From Diplonema japonicum (lineage: Eukaryota; Protista; Euglenozoa: Diplonemea): DNA of 64,000 bases. The stretch spans positions 124,001-188,000 of the forward strand of contig OZ025741.1 of NCBI GenBank assembly GCA_964019335.1, given 5' to 3'. This document shows, in pieces, positions 35,927-50,900 of the stretch. Below the pieces are notes generated by a model. That model worked only from the letters and a program-made list of their open reading frames with translations. It made no database searches and was not told where the DNA came from. Both the position numbers and the translations under genes were made by a program. Every line of letters begins with the position of its first letter. Positions within the stretch are counted from its first letter, which is position 1.

Positions 35927-38900
35927 CCCCTTTTATCATACACATCCTCATGCATCTCAACCTCACGGCCAACACCAGAATCGAGAGATTTGGCATCAGC
36001 GTCTTCATCAGATTTCTTCTGATAACGACGCCTGCTGCACATTCTATTTTTTTTTTTTTTTTTTTTTTTTGTTTTGTTTTTTTTCCAGTTTTTGACATAC
36101 CTGCTGACCACTCTTATCGGTTCAAAGATCAACACATTGAACACAAACCCCGCTAAAAATGTTTTTATGTATCTTTCTTCCTGCTTGTCTGTGTTGTACT
36201 CTGACGTTCCGAGGAACATGGCCACGCTCGCTGCAAAGGGAAGCGTGAAGTAGAACACACGCCAGATTTTACTGCCGACGGTCACTTCGCCAACGGGCTC
36301 CTCGGGGTCGGGCTTTTCAAAAAGATCTGAAGCGGGTTTTTTTTCAAACACTTCCCCTGGTTGTAATGCCACGAAATCGAATGTCGGGGGGATCAACGAC
36401 CCCAGCAGCCCGATCAACATCCCGTAAACAGGCCACGTGCCCATGTCCACCTCCCACTCGTAGTTGTTGCTGCTGTTCGGGTAAAACAGGGTAATGGTGC
36501 CCCACCCGTCGATTATAAAAATAGCCATTACAACAGCTTTGTGTATTTTGGTATAATGGAAGCCGGGAAGCTTTCTAAAGGCGATGCGTGTCCAGTAATG
36601 AGTCAGCAAGAACTCCTTTGGGAGTGAAATGTCGCTCGACGCTGGGCTCATGATGAAGTGGCCTGCAAGAAGCCTCGTCATAACAGTCACCAGCACCAGG
36701 ACCATTGCAGCACCCCATACCACGGGCAAGGATCTACACGCAAAACAGGAATTGTTCGGGTAATCCCGTTCTGTCATCCCCGTAACGAGGATGTCTTCGC
36801 TGGTCGAGACCAGAACCTGTCCTGCCCGCGAGGTTGTTGCGGTGCCCGACACTGTACCTGAGTACTTTCCGACAAGCGATGTGGTCGTGACTTGGTTCAC
36901 TCCGTTCTTGACAAGCTTCCAGTCTGTCGTTGCCATATCCCACTCGACGACCTGGTGATCGTTTGCAGATTGATCGCTTCGCGGCCTGGACATTGTGAAT
37001 GCATACTCCACATCGGGGCGAGGATCGACACCAACAGGTAGGTACCTGACCGATAAAACAGCGCTTATCGGCGTGCTTGCAGGGTATCCCCTTCCCTTGT
37101 ACGGCAAGAGGTTCGCGATCTCTATCACCGTTCTGCAGATGTGAACACTGCGGATCTTTCCCTCGAAAACAACCTTGAACTTCGCGAAGTCGATCGGGAA
37201 ATACGCGGTTTGCTTCTTCCCGTTCAACAGCACGGAGTGGATCCCGAAGGTCGTGCTCTGCTTGATGTAAGGCGAGCCGTGGTCGTTCGTGACAAGGATG
37301 TTTCCAAGCTCGGATTTGCAGACCTGTTCCCCAATATCATGCAGAATGACTAGGTAGTGCTTTGCAATTTGGGCATCTTGACCGCGTTTCTCTGTGATGT
37401 CGTCTTGATCGCCAATGCACTCTTTTGTAGGGCAAATCACCGGTTCGTTGACAAGCGTGCTTCTATTCATGATGGAGCCCAGTGCGTCGCCTACCTCGTT
37501 GCTCACAACACGGAGATTGTTGTGATCCGTTATGTCCCCGCAGCAATGCCCTGGGAACCTGTCCAGCCGTTCTTTCCTGCAGCATTCCGACCAAAGGGAC
37601 CCTGCCTGAATGACGAGGAGATCCAGTGTTTTGAGAAGCGCGTGTTCGATTTCAGGGTTTGCGCTTGCTGTCGACAGGTCCTTTACGATGTTCGTTGCGT
37701 CTTTCACCCATCGCCCGTCGCCCCATAGCAGTTCGTCCCTGCTGATTGCTTTGACAGTCTCTAGAAGATTGTTGGCGACCTGCACCTTGTTCTGAGCTTG
37801 GTTCTGCACATTCCTCGACAGCACTGTAAGCTCGTTCTCCACACAGAACGCTGCCTTTGACTGTGAGTTCCCACTGTTGTAAGGATACCTGCACCTGCAC
37901 ATGAACACATTGTCGACCACGTCTTCGTCTATGCAGCGCTGCCCGCACCCGCACGGCCTCTTTGAACAATCCCCACGCGTTGGCTCCGCTTGGGCCTGTT
38001 TGATCTGTATCCCAGACACCACTGATTTCTTATTTGTGACAGCCTTCCTCAGGAGGTCCGACCATTCCCTCGCATCCCAGTTGCCCGAGATGTCCGAGAT
38101 CAGTGCCTCCATGCGGTACGTGTTGGCCTCCTGGAACGTCAGCGACTCGACACAGCTACTATCAATAATACCCCCTGTGTCTCCGACGTACGTTGTAAGG
38201 TGCCCTTGAAGATCATCGGGTGGAATACTTATAGACAGCAACAGCGATAGTGTACCCTGCACAGCGGAGCTCACTGTGTCAGACACCGAGTAGCTCAGCA
38301 GTGGGAACCCTGCTTTGGTCAGCGCTCCGTTCGAGTTCTTGCGCTTGTCTTGTTCGAGTTCGCCGAGGATGAACTTGCTGGTTTCGGTCGTGTCTATTCC
38401 GCAAGGCTTTGCGATAACGCGTGCCGTTGTGATTGTAGGGGAAGAGCTGATGATCCGCGGGTGGGACAGCATGCTGCGCGGGACAGAAGTGGCCTTCGAC
38501 AAGGCGTTCAGGAACAGCTCGTTGTCGTTACTGAGTCTCTGGGAGCTGATTTGCAACGTAACATTCAAAACAACGAGTACAGTGCCGACGGGCTGTGTGC
38601 TTGGGGTGGCCCGCACGGTCAGGAACTCGTACGGCTGCAACACAGGGCCGTTGAGGATGTCGTCCGAGAGCTTCGTCTGCACAGAAGCAGCGTACGAAGC
38701 AATGTTAGGTGCTGTGGTGGTGGGCCTGTTGGATACAGACACGTCGACCCCAGATTTTCCACTGCCAAGGTCGAAAATCCTTAGCCCCATCACCATGGAC
38801 TCCTCGATGTTGAGCAGAGTAGAAAGACTGCGCACCAACGCACGGTCAAGCAGCACCAACGATGCGAACAACTTCGACGACGTGAACTTCACAAGCGCAA

Positions 38901-41900
38901 TGTGCACACCAGCTGAGCAGCATTGGTCTATGGTGCACCCACCTGGCGGGCATCGCTTTGCTCTAGCATTGATGACAAGCATTTTGCATGTGCAGAGTTC
39001 AGCATCCACATTGAGGCACGTGTCGCAGCACGTGTTCCCGTCGCACACACCGAAGGGACACTCTGTTTCATTCGCATTCGGTTTGATAGCGCAAACAGCC
39101 GGAGAGGCGTCGGGGCGTAGCACGCCATTGGCGCATGTTGCCTTCACGCCTGCACACACCCCACCTCTGCATTGGTCTTGGACAGTTGCCACTTCTTCGT
39201 CGTTGCAGACCGTACCGTTAGGCTTGTTGACTTCGACACAGCTACCACCGTTGCAAGTGACCTGTATGCATGGGGTCTTTGGCGGGTTGCAGTTGATATC
39301 ACCGCAGCTCACCATCCCGTAGCAGACTCCAGCCGTGCAAGTATCGTCGATGCTCTGCACCTGGCCATCGTTGCATGGAATTCCGTCGTTTGCACGCGGA
39401 TCCCTGCACTGCCCTGTGAGGGTGTTACACACACCTTGCACATGGCAGTCGTCGGAAGTCCCACATACAACTCCGTTGCACTTATCTTTGCCAACACACG
39501 CCCCTGCCACACACTGGTCGTCAATTGTACTCGGGTTCCCATCGTCGCAATACGCTCCGTCGTCCTTTATTAGAACCGTGCACTTGTTAGTGATGCACAC
39601 AGCCACAGAGCATTGGTTGGGTGCCATGCATTTGTATGTGCCGCAATCAGCAATGCCGACACACTGGCCGCCTAAGCAGCGGTCCGTGGTAGTGTCCTCA
39701 CCATCGTCGCAGACGTTGTTGTCCGGCAGGTCCTCGTAGAGGCATCTGTTCAACGCATCGCAGCCAATGGATGTTTTGCACTCCAGCTCAGGGCATGCGG
39801 AGGTTTCGCATTGCGGCACGCCTCTGCAGATACCCTGTGAGCAGGAGTCCTTCACCGTTGCCCCGTCAAGATCATCGCATGTTGTCCCGTCAGGACGGTT
39901 CGTTGTCTCGCAGAAGCCTTGCGTATTACACGTAGGTACCTTGCACCTTGGGTCATCCACCGTGCACTTCCTCCCGAAACATGTCACGATGCTGTTGCAA
40001 GTACCCAGTATGCATTCTCCTCCACTACAAGAAGACCCGTTGGTCTTCAAAGGGTCGGTGCACCTGCCTGTGGTTCTACCGCACACACCCACAAAGTGGC
40101 ATTCGCTCAGCGGCACGCAAACAACGCTCGCACATCTGTCGACGCCTTGGCATACTCCGTTCCCGCACACATCGTTTAATGTTTTATCGTTGAAGTCATC
40201 ACAAGAAGACCCGTTTAGCTTGTTCGTCACAACACATGTGGTGGCATTGCACAGGGATATTTTGCAGGGATCGGGTGTGCTGCATGGTGCACCATTGCAC
40301 TGGATAACACCGCTGCAGGCGCCCAAGTTGCACGTGTCGTTAGCAGTGTTTGGGAAGGAATCGTCGCAGGTGTCGGCGTACGGCTTGATAGGGTTGCTGC
40401 ATGTTCCTGTCTCAAGATTGCATTGGCCTGCTAAATAGCAGTCGCTCTTCGCGCTGCAAGACACTCCGTCGCAGAGGTTCAGTCCAGAGCAGAACCCAGA
40501 GTAGCATCTGTCGTTGGTTGTCAGCGCGTTCTCATCGTTGCAAGGCACGTTGTCTAGGAGCTGTTCCCTACACTGACCACCTTCACAACTAACCGTTCTA
40601 CAAGTGCTACGGGTCGGGAGGCACTGCTGGCCACCGCACATTGTAACCCCCACACAGCTCCCAGCCATGCATGAGTCCATCACTGTGGCATCGTTACTGT
40701 CGTCGCACGGTGTGGCTTCGGGCTTCTTGGGGTTGGAGCAGCGCCCTGTTTTATAGTCACACACGCCCACAGCATGGCATTGGTCAAGCGCAGTGCAGAC
40801 TACGCCTTGGCAAGCATTGACTCCCGTGCAGGCACCTGTAGTGCACACATCGTCTCTTGTCGTGTTGTCATTGTCGTTGCAAGGTGTCCCATCGGCTACT
40901 GCTATGGTGGTGCATTGCGTGACGTTGACGCACGAGGGGAGTGTACACTGCGTGTTGTCTGGGCACTGTCTACTACCGCAATTCAGCGGGAAAACACATG
41001 TCCCTGCTTTGCAGCTCCCACCGTTCCCGCAAGTGCGATCGTCCTCTAATACAGGGTACTCGCACAGTCCTGTGCGTGGGTTACACACACCGGTGCCGTA
41101 GCATGGCGCACCCTGAAACCCAGGGGGCTGACATTGCACGCTGGCACATTTGTCGACCCCAACGCAGGAGCCGCTCATGCACTGATCGTCAAAGGTTTCC
41201 ACGTTGTGGTCATTGCAAGGTGAGCCATCGTACCGGTCCCTCTCCCCGCAGGCACCGTTCGTACAAGTGGATGTCTTGCACGGGCCACTTAGAGTGCATG
41301 TTGTGCTGCCACAGATCACTTCACCCCTGCACATCCCCGCAACACAAACATCGTTGACGGTGTTGATATTTGTGTCATTGCACGTAGACCCATCTGAAAC
41401 GTATGGTTCGGAGCAGAGCCCCGTGGCAGGGTCGCAGACACCGTCCATGCGGCAGACGTCACTAGACTTGCAGACAACACCTGCACACTTTGACACACCA
41501 GCACACTTCCCGTCTGTGCATATGTCGTCGAATGTCTCAGGGTCTGCGTCGTTGCACGGCGAACCGTTGGGTTTCTTGTACCCTCTGATACAGATGAGCC
41601 CATTGCACTTTGCAAAAGTGCACTGCGGCTCTAGCGGCATACAAGGTTCGTTTAGCGTACAAGTGATATTGGCTACACACCCACCCGACCTGCAGGTACC
41701 ACCGAAGCATGCGGTGCCATCAGCATCCAGCACCTCAGAGCACAGGCCTGTCAGCGGGTCGCACACACCCGGGCGGTGACATGCCCTGCTGGACGTGCAT
41801 GTTATACCTTCGCACTTGTTCCTCCCTTGACAGGTCCCGTCAGGTTGGCACTTGTCGTTCGTTGTGTTGCTGTTATAATCATCGCAAAGAGTACCCACAG

Positions 41901-44900
41901 GTTTTGGTTGCTGCACACACTTGTTCGCGATGCACAGCGCGATTTGACACTGCGGGTCTGTAGCACGGCAGGAAAGGCCGTTGCACATAGCGGTCCCCCT
42001 GCATACGCCTACTATACACCTGTCGTCCGAAGTACCGATGTTACCATCGTCACAGGTCTCTGTTGCTTCTTTGAAGACAAGCTCGCACTTTCCAGTGTGC
42101 TTGTTGCACGTGTTTGACGCATGGCACTGCCCAATGAGCGTACATGTGACACCGCTGCATGGCAGCTCGCCACTGCAAACACCAGCGAGGCATTTGTCGT
42201 TCATGGTGTCCAGGTTGTCATCGTTGCAAAGCGCTCCGTTGTACTTCTGAGCGTCAAGACACTTACCATCTTTACACGTAGCATAATAGCACTGCGGGTT
42301 TGCACTGTAGCAAATTGTCTGCCCACACGGTGCGCCAACGTTGCACGTTCCCGATGAGCAGACACCTGTGCTGCCGTCTGGGGTTGTGCACATGGTGCCA
42401 TCTTGCAAGGGATAACCCTCACACTTGCCGGACCTCGGGCTGCAAGTCATGGTACCAACACAGCTGTTTGTTTGTTGACACACAACATTCGCGCATCTGA
42501 ATGTGCCCACACATGTCCCATTTCTGCATGTGTCGTCAACAGTCACATCGTTCAAATCCGAGCAAGGCGACCCGTCCAATGCGTTGCGTTCATCGCAGCT
42601 CAGCCCATTGCACACGGCGACTCTGCATTGCGACTGCGAAGGCAAGCATCTCACCCCACCACACAGTGCAATACCCACACACCCCCCGCCCACACACAGA
42701 TCGTCAACAGTGTCAATGTCACCGTCGTTGCAGCGTACTCCTTCAGCACGGAGTGGCTGGCTGCAGATACCCGTCAAAGGGTCGCAGGTTCCTGTTCCAT
42801 GGCACGCGTCATCTTGACAGACAATTCCAGTACACAAATCAACACCAACGCAGACACCATCGAAGCAGTAATCCTTCACAGTGTCAGCATTATTATCGTT
42901 GCAGGGGCTGTGGTTTGGCCGTTTGTCGAGCACACACTTGTTGCCGCTGTCGCACCGTGGAACATGGCAGGGGCTTGTCGTGGAGCACACGACTAGATCG
43001 CATGGTACGCCTGCTGGGACGCAATTCCCAGCCGCGCACGTTCCCACCTGTGGGGAAGTGCAGTATGTGGCATCAGGCTTCATCGGGTCTGAGCACCTGC
43101 CTGTTTGTTTGTCGCACACCCCGGCTTCGTGGCAGTTGTCTGAAGGAGAACACACGATATTGATGCAAAAGTCACGTCCCACGCACTGCCCGCCGAGACA
43201 AGAATCGAGCGATGTATTTGTTTTCCCATCGTCGCAGGGCGTCATGTCGAACTTCGATCTCTGCGCGCAAGTATCACCTATGCAGTACGCCATGACGCAC
43301 TGACCAGACACACCGCAGAAAGTGTTGCCGCACTTGACACGCCCCACGCACACACCGTTCAAACACTTGTCTTCTAAAGTTACGATGTCACCGTCATTGC
43401 AAGGAGTGTCGTCTGGGAGAAGTGGGTCAGTGCACACTCCAGTGAAGGGGTTGCACGTGCCTGGTGTGTGGCAGTCGTCCATCGCTGTGCATGTAACGCT
43501 CAAGCACCTGTATGTCCCGGTGCACACACCGCGGACGCAGCGGTCGTCGATCGACAGCGTCATCCCATCGTCGCAGGGGGTCCCGTCGGCCACACCGTCG
43601 CATGAGCTGCTGCATTGCCCTAGTTCACAAGGGTTGTCGCCGAAGCACATGCCGTTCACACATCTGTCGTTGATTGTTTGCTGGTTGCCGTCATTGCATA
43701 GTGTGTTGTTCGGCTTCATGACTGTATTGCACTTTCCGTAAATGCACTGCGATGCAATGCACTCTGTAGACTGCGGGCACACCACACCCGTACACACATC
43801 CACACCCACGCACAACCCGTCTACGCACACATCGTTGCTCGTCGTAGTGTCGTTGTCGTTGCAAGGCACACTGTCCATCTTCAGAACCACACAGTTACCA
43901 TTATCACACGCAGCTTGCAGACACGGTTCAAGAGGCCGTGGACACTGTACGGATGGCGAGCCGCATTGAACTGTCCCGACACATATCCCCGAGAAACACT
44001 GGTCGCCTGAGGACTGCGCGTTGCCATCGTTGCAGTTGTCACCGTTGTTTTTGGGAGGATCCGTGCAGAGCCCCGTCAAAGGATCGCACATGCCTAGATT
44101 GTGACATTGGTCGCTTGGCTGGCACCTGACACCGTCGCACTTCGGTGTCCCTTTGCATACCCCGTTGTCACAGACGGCAACGGCCGTTGTTTGGTCACCG
44201 TCGTCGCACGGCACGGCACCGACTTTCAAAGGAGCGCTGCACGTGCCCGTCTGTTGGAAGATATCATTGTCACACACACCCGGCCCATGGCACTGTGAGA
44301 TAGGTTTGCAGACAATGCCCCTGCATGGGCTGTTGTCCATGCACAACCCTGACAAACACTTGTCGTTATCAGTTCCGCCCATCCCGTCATTGCACCCAGT
44401 CCCGTCAGGCTTTGTAAGATCTGTGCATTGCGTTCCATTGCAAGCTGCGTACTGGCATTGAGGGTACCGCGGTATGCACACCATCCCACCGCACTCCACA
44501 TAGCCAACGCACACACCAGCCACGCACCTGTCAGTGCTTGTTTGCGGGATTCCATCATCACAAGTTGTGCCATCGGGCTGCAGTCTGTGGTAACACTTCC
44601 CCATAAGACAAACACCATCAAGTTGGCAAGCATCTGCTGAAAGACAGGTAATGCCATCGCAAGGGTCACGGCCCGTGCACACCCCACCTGTGCACATGTC
44701 GTTCACGGTGTTCGGGTTGTTGTCGTTGCAGAGCGTGCCGTCTAGCATCACTTCTTCAAAGCAGGCATCGCCCTTGCACCCCATTCGGTAGCACTGCCCG
44801 CGGGGTATGCAGAGAGTTGACAAGCCACACCGTTTGCCACCAAGGCAGCTCCCGCGTATGCAAACGTCGTTGTTGGTGGTGATATCACCGTCGCTGCACA

Positions 44901-47900
44901 GTGTGCCGTCTGCGAATGTGTCAATGGTGCAGAGCCCAGTAGTTTTATCGCAACCAGTTCCACGTGAGCACTGCGTCACCGATGCACAGTTAACCTGCGA
45001 GCACTTGTCAACACCTGAACACACACCGAATTTGCACCTGTCACCGACTGTGTTCTCGTTGTCGTCGTTGCATATCGTGTTGTCAGGGAGGAAGTTGGTG
45101 CTGCACTTTCCCGTGTGAGGATCGCATATGCCAGGTCCAATACACTTAGCGTTTCCTTGGCATTGGACGCCTTTGCAAAGGTCTATGGGTGTGCACACGC
45201 CCTGTATACATTGGTCAATGAGGGTCTTGGGGTTGTTATCGCTGCACGGGGTGCCATCTGCCTTCAACGTCTCAGCACAGACACCATTGGTGTTGCAGTA
45301 CGACACCATACACTGGTCGGTAGAAGCGCAGGTTGTAGAACCGCAGGTGATGACGCCGATGCATATGCCGCTCACACATCTGTCATCAAGCGTCAGAATA
45401 TTGCTATCGTCACACACGGTGCCGTCGCTGAGCGTGGGTTCCGTACACAGCCCATCTGTCGGATCACACACACCGTCTCTTCTGCACGGTAACCTGGCAA
45501 CGCAGCCAGTACCCTCGCAGTTGCGCATACCAACACATACACCACCTACGCACACGTCTCCTCGCGTGTTCGCGTCCTTGTCGTCACAAAGTGTGTTATC
45601 CTGTTTAAACACCTCGCTGCATGTACCGTCTCGAGGGTTGCAGACACCCTCCATGTGGCAAGTAGAGGCTGCAGGGCACGAGACCCCCCAGCAAGGTCCT
45701 CTCTCGATACACATCCCACTTTGGCACACACCCGCGTATGTGAAATTCCTGTTGTCACAAGCTATACCGTCAGGCTTGTAGGCATACGTGCACGTTTTGT
45801 TGTCAGAACAGGTAGGTATTTCGCACGCTGTGGAGTAGCAAGCAGCGCCCCCACACATCACGAAACCCGAGCACAGACCGTTCGTGCATTTATCATTTGA
45901 GGTCAGAATATTGCCGTCATCACAGGTTGCGTTGTCCGGCCTAAGGGGGTTTGTGCAGACACCCAGCGCAGGGTCACACACGCCAACAGCGTGGCAGCTG
46001 CTGAGAGCTGCGCAAGTGACATTTGCACACAGGCTACGGCCCATGCAGACACCTGACGTGCAAGTGTCATCAAAGGTGAGGGCGTTGCCATCGTTGCAGG
46101 GGGTGTTCTGAGGTGCTTGGTCGTAAGTACATGTCCCTGTAGCAGGTTCGCATCTCGCGACGAAGCATTCAACGAGGTCGCAAATCCTTCCCGTGCACCT
46201 TGACGTCCCTTGGCACGTGGATCCCACGCACACGTCATTGAAAGTTGTGAGGTTTCCGTCGTTACACTTCGAGTTCACGGTTTTCGGCAATACAGCACAG
46301 GCGCCTCGGTCGCACTGAGGCGTCGCACATTGGTTCGTAGAGTAACAGGAAGTGGTACCGCATGGCAGCCCGCCCACGCACATCCCGTTAATACAGATAT
46401 CGTTTAAAGTAGAGGGGTTCCCATCATCACAAGGCGTGTTGTCGGGCACTATGGGGTCCGTGCAGAGCCCTGTAGTCCCGTTGCAAACGCCAGCTACGTG
46501 GCACTGATCAGACGGAAGGCATGGTGTGCTGCACCTCGGCTGACCGACACAGACACCACTCTGACAAGAGTCTTGGAATGTGGCCGAGTCTCCATCGTCG
46601 CAAGGCGTGTTCGCTGCAGACACGGGTGTCGAACAGAGTCCTGTCGTCGGTTCGCAAACGCCCACATCGTGGCACTGTGAGAGCTGTGCGCAGATCGAGG
46701 TGCATCTCACGATGCCTACGCATACGCCCTTCACACATTTGTCTTCTTTAGTTTGGCTGTTGAAATCCGTGCACGGGGCACCGTCAGGAAGATCTACTTC
46801 GGTGCAGATGTTGTTATTGCAGGCAGGCTTCTTACACGAAGACGACGTAACACATCTAGCCATCCCATCGCACGTGATGGACCCCGTGCAGACACCATTA
46901 ATGCACACTTCGTCCTGAGTGTTAGGGTCGTTGTCGTTGCAGGGACTGTTGTCGGGAAGTGGAAGCTCGGGGCACACGCCGGTCTGGAGGTCGCACAGCC
47001 CGTTTACCTGGCACTCTCCGCTCGCAACGCAAGGCCTGCTACACGTGGGTTCACCTTTGCAGACCCCAACATGGCATTGATCATTGACCGTGCTGGAGTT
47101 CTTGTCATCGCACTGACTGCCATCCTTCACCATCTGCCAGCTGCACTTTCCATTCAAAGGATTGCACACACCACCCTCTAGACAGGGATCAGATGTTGCG
47201 CATATAACACCATCACAGTTGCCTGCTCCCACACAGACCCCTGCCTTGCACCTGTCTCCTGCAGTGACAGGGTTGTTGTCGTTACAAGGCTCGTTGTCTA
47301 GTGGCAGCTGCGTGCAGGCAGTCCCGCTGCAGAACGCCACTTGACAAGCATCTGTTGAGATGCACGACTGGCCGCCACACACAACGCTGCCTTTGCACAT
47401 CCCGTTGAGGCATTGGTCGTTGGAGGTTTCTTGATATCCATCGGAACACACCGACCCATCAGGGAGGGGTGGGTCACTGCAGAACCCGCTGGTCGTGTTG
47501 CAAACACCAACAGCGTGGCACTGATCAGAAGGCTGGCACACCACCCCGTCGCATGGGTTGGAGGCGATGCACTTTCCAGCTTGACAGGTCCCCGTGCCGT
47601 TGTTGCAAGGGGCATTGTTGTCCTTCAGGGGGTTGGTGCAGACACCCCTAACGCATTCACCAGTAGAAAAGCACTCTCCATAAGGCTTGCAAACGACACT
47701 TTGGCAAGCGTCTGTGCCCACGCAGGCACCGCTACTACACCTGTCCATCACGGTCAAGCTGAAGCCGTCATCGCAAGTCGTGCTGTCGGGCTTGTTGGGG
47801 TTATTGCACAGCCCTGTGTCGTCGTCGCAGACACCAGGGTTGTGGCAGCTGTCGGACGCCATACAAGTTACGGAGTCGCACTTGGTTCTGCCTATGCAGA

Positions 47901-50900
47901 AACCTGCGACGCACCTGTCGTCGGTTGTCTGCACGAGACCGTCATCACATGGCGTGCCATCGACAGCAGGTGTTGACATACATGTCCCGTTTTCCTTGTT
48001 GCACCACGAGCGATTCTGGCATTGTGTAGGGAGACACTGTTGTGCACCGCAAATATCAGATCCTTGACACACCCCAGAGGATGTGCACTTATCGTCGATG
48101 GTACCGCTGTTGCCATCGTCACACGGTGCATCGATCAACACCGTTTGCACACACGTCGCACCATTGATACAAGTTGCAGCGTGGCACTGCGAAGCAGGTC
48201 TGCACGGAATCGTTGCATTAACACAGCTGACGACACCCAAGCAGGATCCTGCATAGCACCTATCATCAGTAGTGAAAGGATCGTCATCTGAACAGAACGT
48301 CCCATCTGCCACTGGCACTGGTACACAAGCACCTGTCGATCTGTTACAAAGAGTTTGTTCATAACACTGCCCTGCGTAGGGACACCACTTGGATGCGCAC
48401 AGCGCTGTCCCGATGCATGCGCCATTGATGCAAACATCGTCATATGAAGTGACGTCCCTGTCGTCGCACGGTGTGTAGTTGGGCACAGTGGGGGTTGTGC
48501 ATTTGGGGATACCATTGGTCACCACACACTCAGTGTTCATCTCGTAACACACACCGGGCGCAGGGCAGCTTTGTGGCGAACAAGTCGCAGGTCCAATGCA
48601 CTGGCCGTTTCTGCAAGTGGGTGAGTCTGTGAAGTTACCCAAGATGCTGCACAGTGTACCATCGGGCATTTGCACTTCACTGCATACTCCTTGCAGACAG
48701 ACAGGTGTGAAGCACTGACGGGATGTCGTGCAAACTAGGTTGCCGCATGGTACCACACCCACACACGAGCCCCGTCTACACACATCGTTGATGGTGGCTG
48801 CGTTGTTGTCGTCGCAAGCAGCACCATCTGGGTGCGGAACTGTGCTGCATGTTCCGGTTAAAGGGTTACAGGAGCCCACTGCTGCGCAAGGAACGCTAGG
48901 GCAAGAACTGCACTTTTGCGTACCTACACAAGTGCCTTGCACGCAGCGATCAAGTGTTGTTTGCGAATTACTATCGTCGCAGGAGGCGCCCTCGGACCGT
49001 ACTGGGTTGCTGCAGATACCTGTCAACGCGTTGCAAGCCCCTCGCATATGGCATTGAGAAAACGGGGTGCACGTCACACCTTTGCATTTGTCAACACCTA
49101 TGCATGCGGAGCCCTTGTTCTTCTGCAGGTAGCACGCATCATCCATTGTTTCGATGTTCCCATCGTCGCAAAGCGTACCATCTGCCAGCGCATAATCGAT
49201 GCAAACAGTTCCGTTGCAGAATGACGAGTAGCAAGGGCGGGGCGTGCATTTTGTAACACCGCAGGTGAGTGACGGGACACAGACACCGCTGTCACAGAGA
49301 CCACTAGTGCACGCGGTACCGGTCGGGGCTGGATGGTAGTTGCATGAAGACACGGTGCAGGCAGTGACTATCAAACACTCATTGATGCCACACGCACAGC
49401 CCTCAGAGCCCACACAAACACCTGCCTTACACACGTCACCCACTGTGTTGCTGTTGCCATCGTCGCAAGGTGTCAAATCCGGCTTGTTCACATCGGCGCA
49501 CCTCCCATTCCAGCACGGTATGTACTCCTTGCACTGGTTTGCAGGAGTACATTGGACACCGCTGCACAAATCCTGCTGAACACAAGTGCCAATGAAACAG
49601 CTGCCTTTTCCTCCATTGCAGGTGGTACCGTCTGCGGCAGGTGCTTCAGAACATTGTTCATTGACACACGTGGGGTACATGCATTCGCCGGCTGTGCACG
49701 TTGTTCTTGAGCAAACAAGCCTCCCGCTGCATGTACCATCAAGACACGTGTCCTCTGTGCTCACGATGCCGTCAGAGCACGCAACCCCGTTGAACGAGTT
49801 GCCATATTCACACAAGCCTGTCTTGTCGTTGCAGATCCCTCTGTTCTTGCATTGTAGCGTAGGGCAGACTACTCCCTCGCACTTTGGGGTCCCCTTGCAC
49901 ACACCTGCCAAGCACACAGAGTTGACAGTGGTGTCCAAACCATCGTCGCAAGAAGTATAGTCGGGAAGCGCAGCGGGGTCGGTGCACTGCCCAGTTGCGT
50001 TGTTGCAGAAGCTCTGCCCGTAGCACTGTACAGTATGCACAGGGCATGCGACGAGCAAGCACTTGTCAACAGGTGCGCAGACACCTGCTGAGCACCTACC
50101 GTCTTCAGTGCCGTTGATCATGCAGCTACCCCCATCAGGAGTGTTGGTCTCGATGCAGCCTCCGTTCTGGCATGTGCTGATGCGGCATGGCCCTGCAGCT
50201 ACGCAGCCGCAGTCCACGTCAACACACACACCTGAGAGGCAGTACGAGGTCGTTGTCTGCGTCGTGCGGCATCTTGTCAGATCAGGTACCCGTTCATACT
50301 CACACAGCTCAGTTGTGATATTGCAGCTGCCCTTTATGTGGCACTCTCTGTAAGGGCACAGTATACCTGCGCACTTCCACCTGCCTACACACACTCCCGA
50401 GACGCACCTGTCATCAGCAGTCATATCCTCACCATCATCGCAGAGCGTTGCATCAGGCTTCAAGGGGCTTGAGCATGTGCCGGTGATTGGGTCACAAACG
50501 CCTTGCTCATGACATTGGCTGCTCTGGTGGCAGATGACTCTGTTGCACAGCGGGATGCCTGTGCATACACCGTTGATGCACTGGTCGCTGCGCGTCAAAG
50601 CACTGTTGTCGTTGCAGCCTAGGCCATTGCCCCGTACAACAGGGAAGCATGTGTTACCTTTGCAGGTTGCTGTGGTACAAGCGTCGACGTAGCAAGGCGT
50701 TCCAGCGCAAGACACATCCTCCACGCAGCTGCCCGACCTGCACGTCCCGCTTGAGCAGAGAGTACTGTCCGGTAGCGCAATGTTACTGCACTTCCCAAGA
50801 CTGCATGTTCCTGCCTCGTGGCACTCATTGATAGCAAAGCACACCACGCCATCACATGGGTTCGTGCAGCATGTGAATTGCGTGCAAGAAGAAGGCGAAT

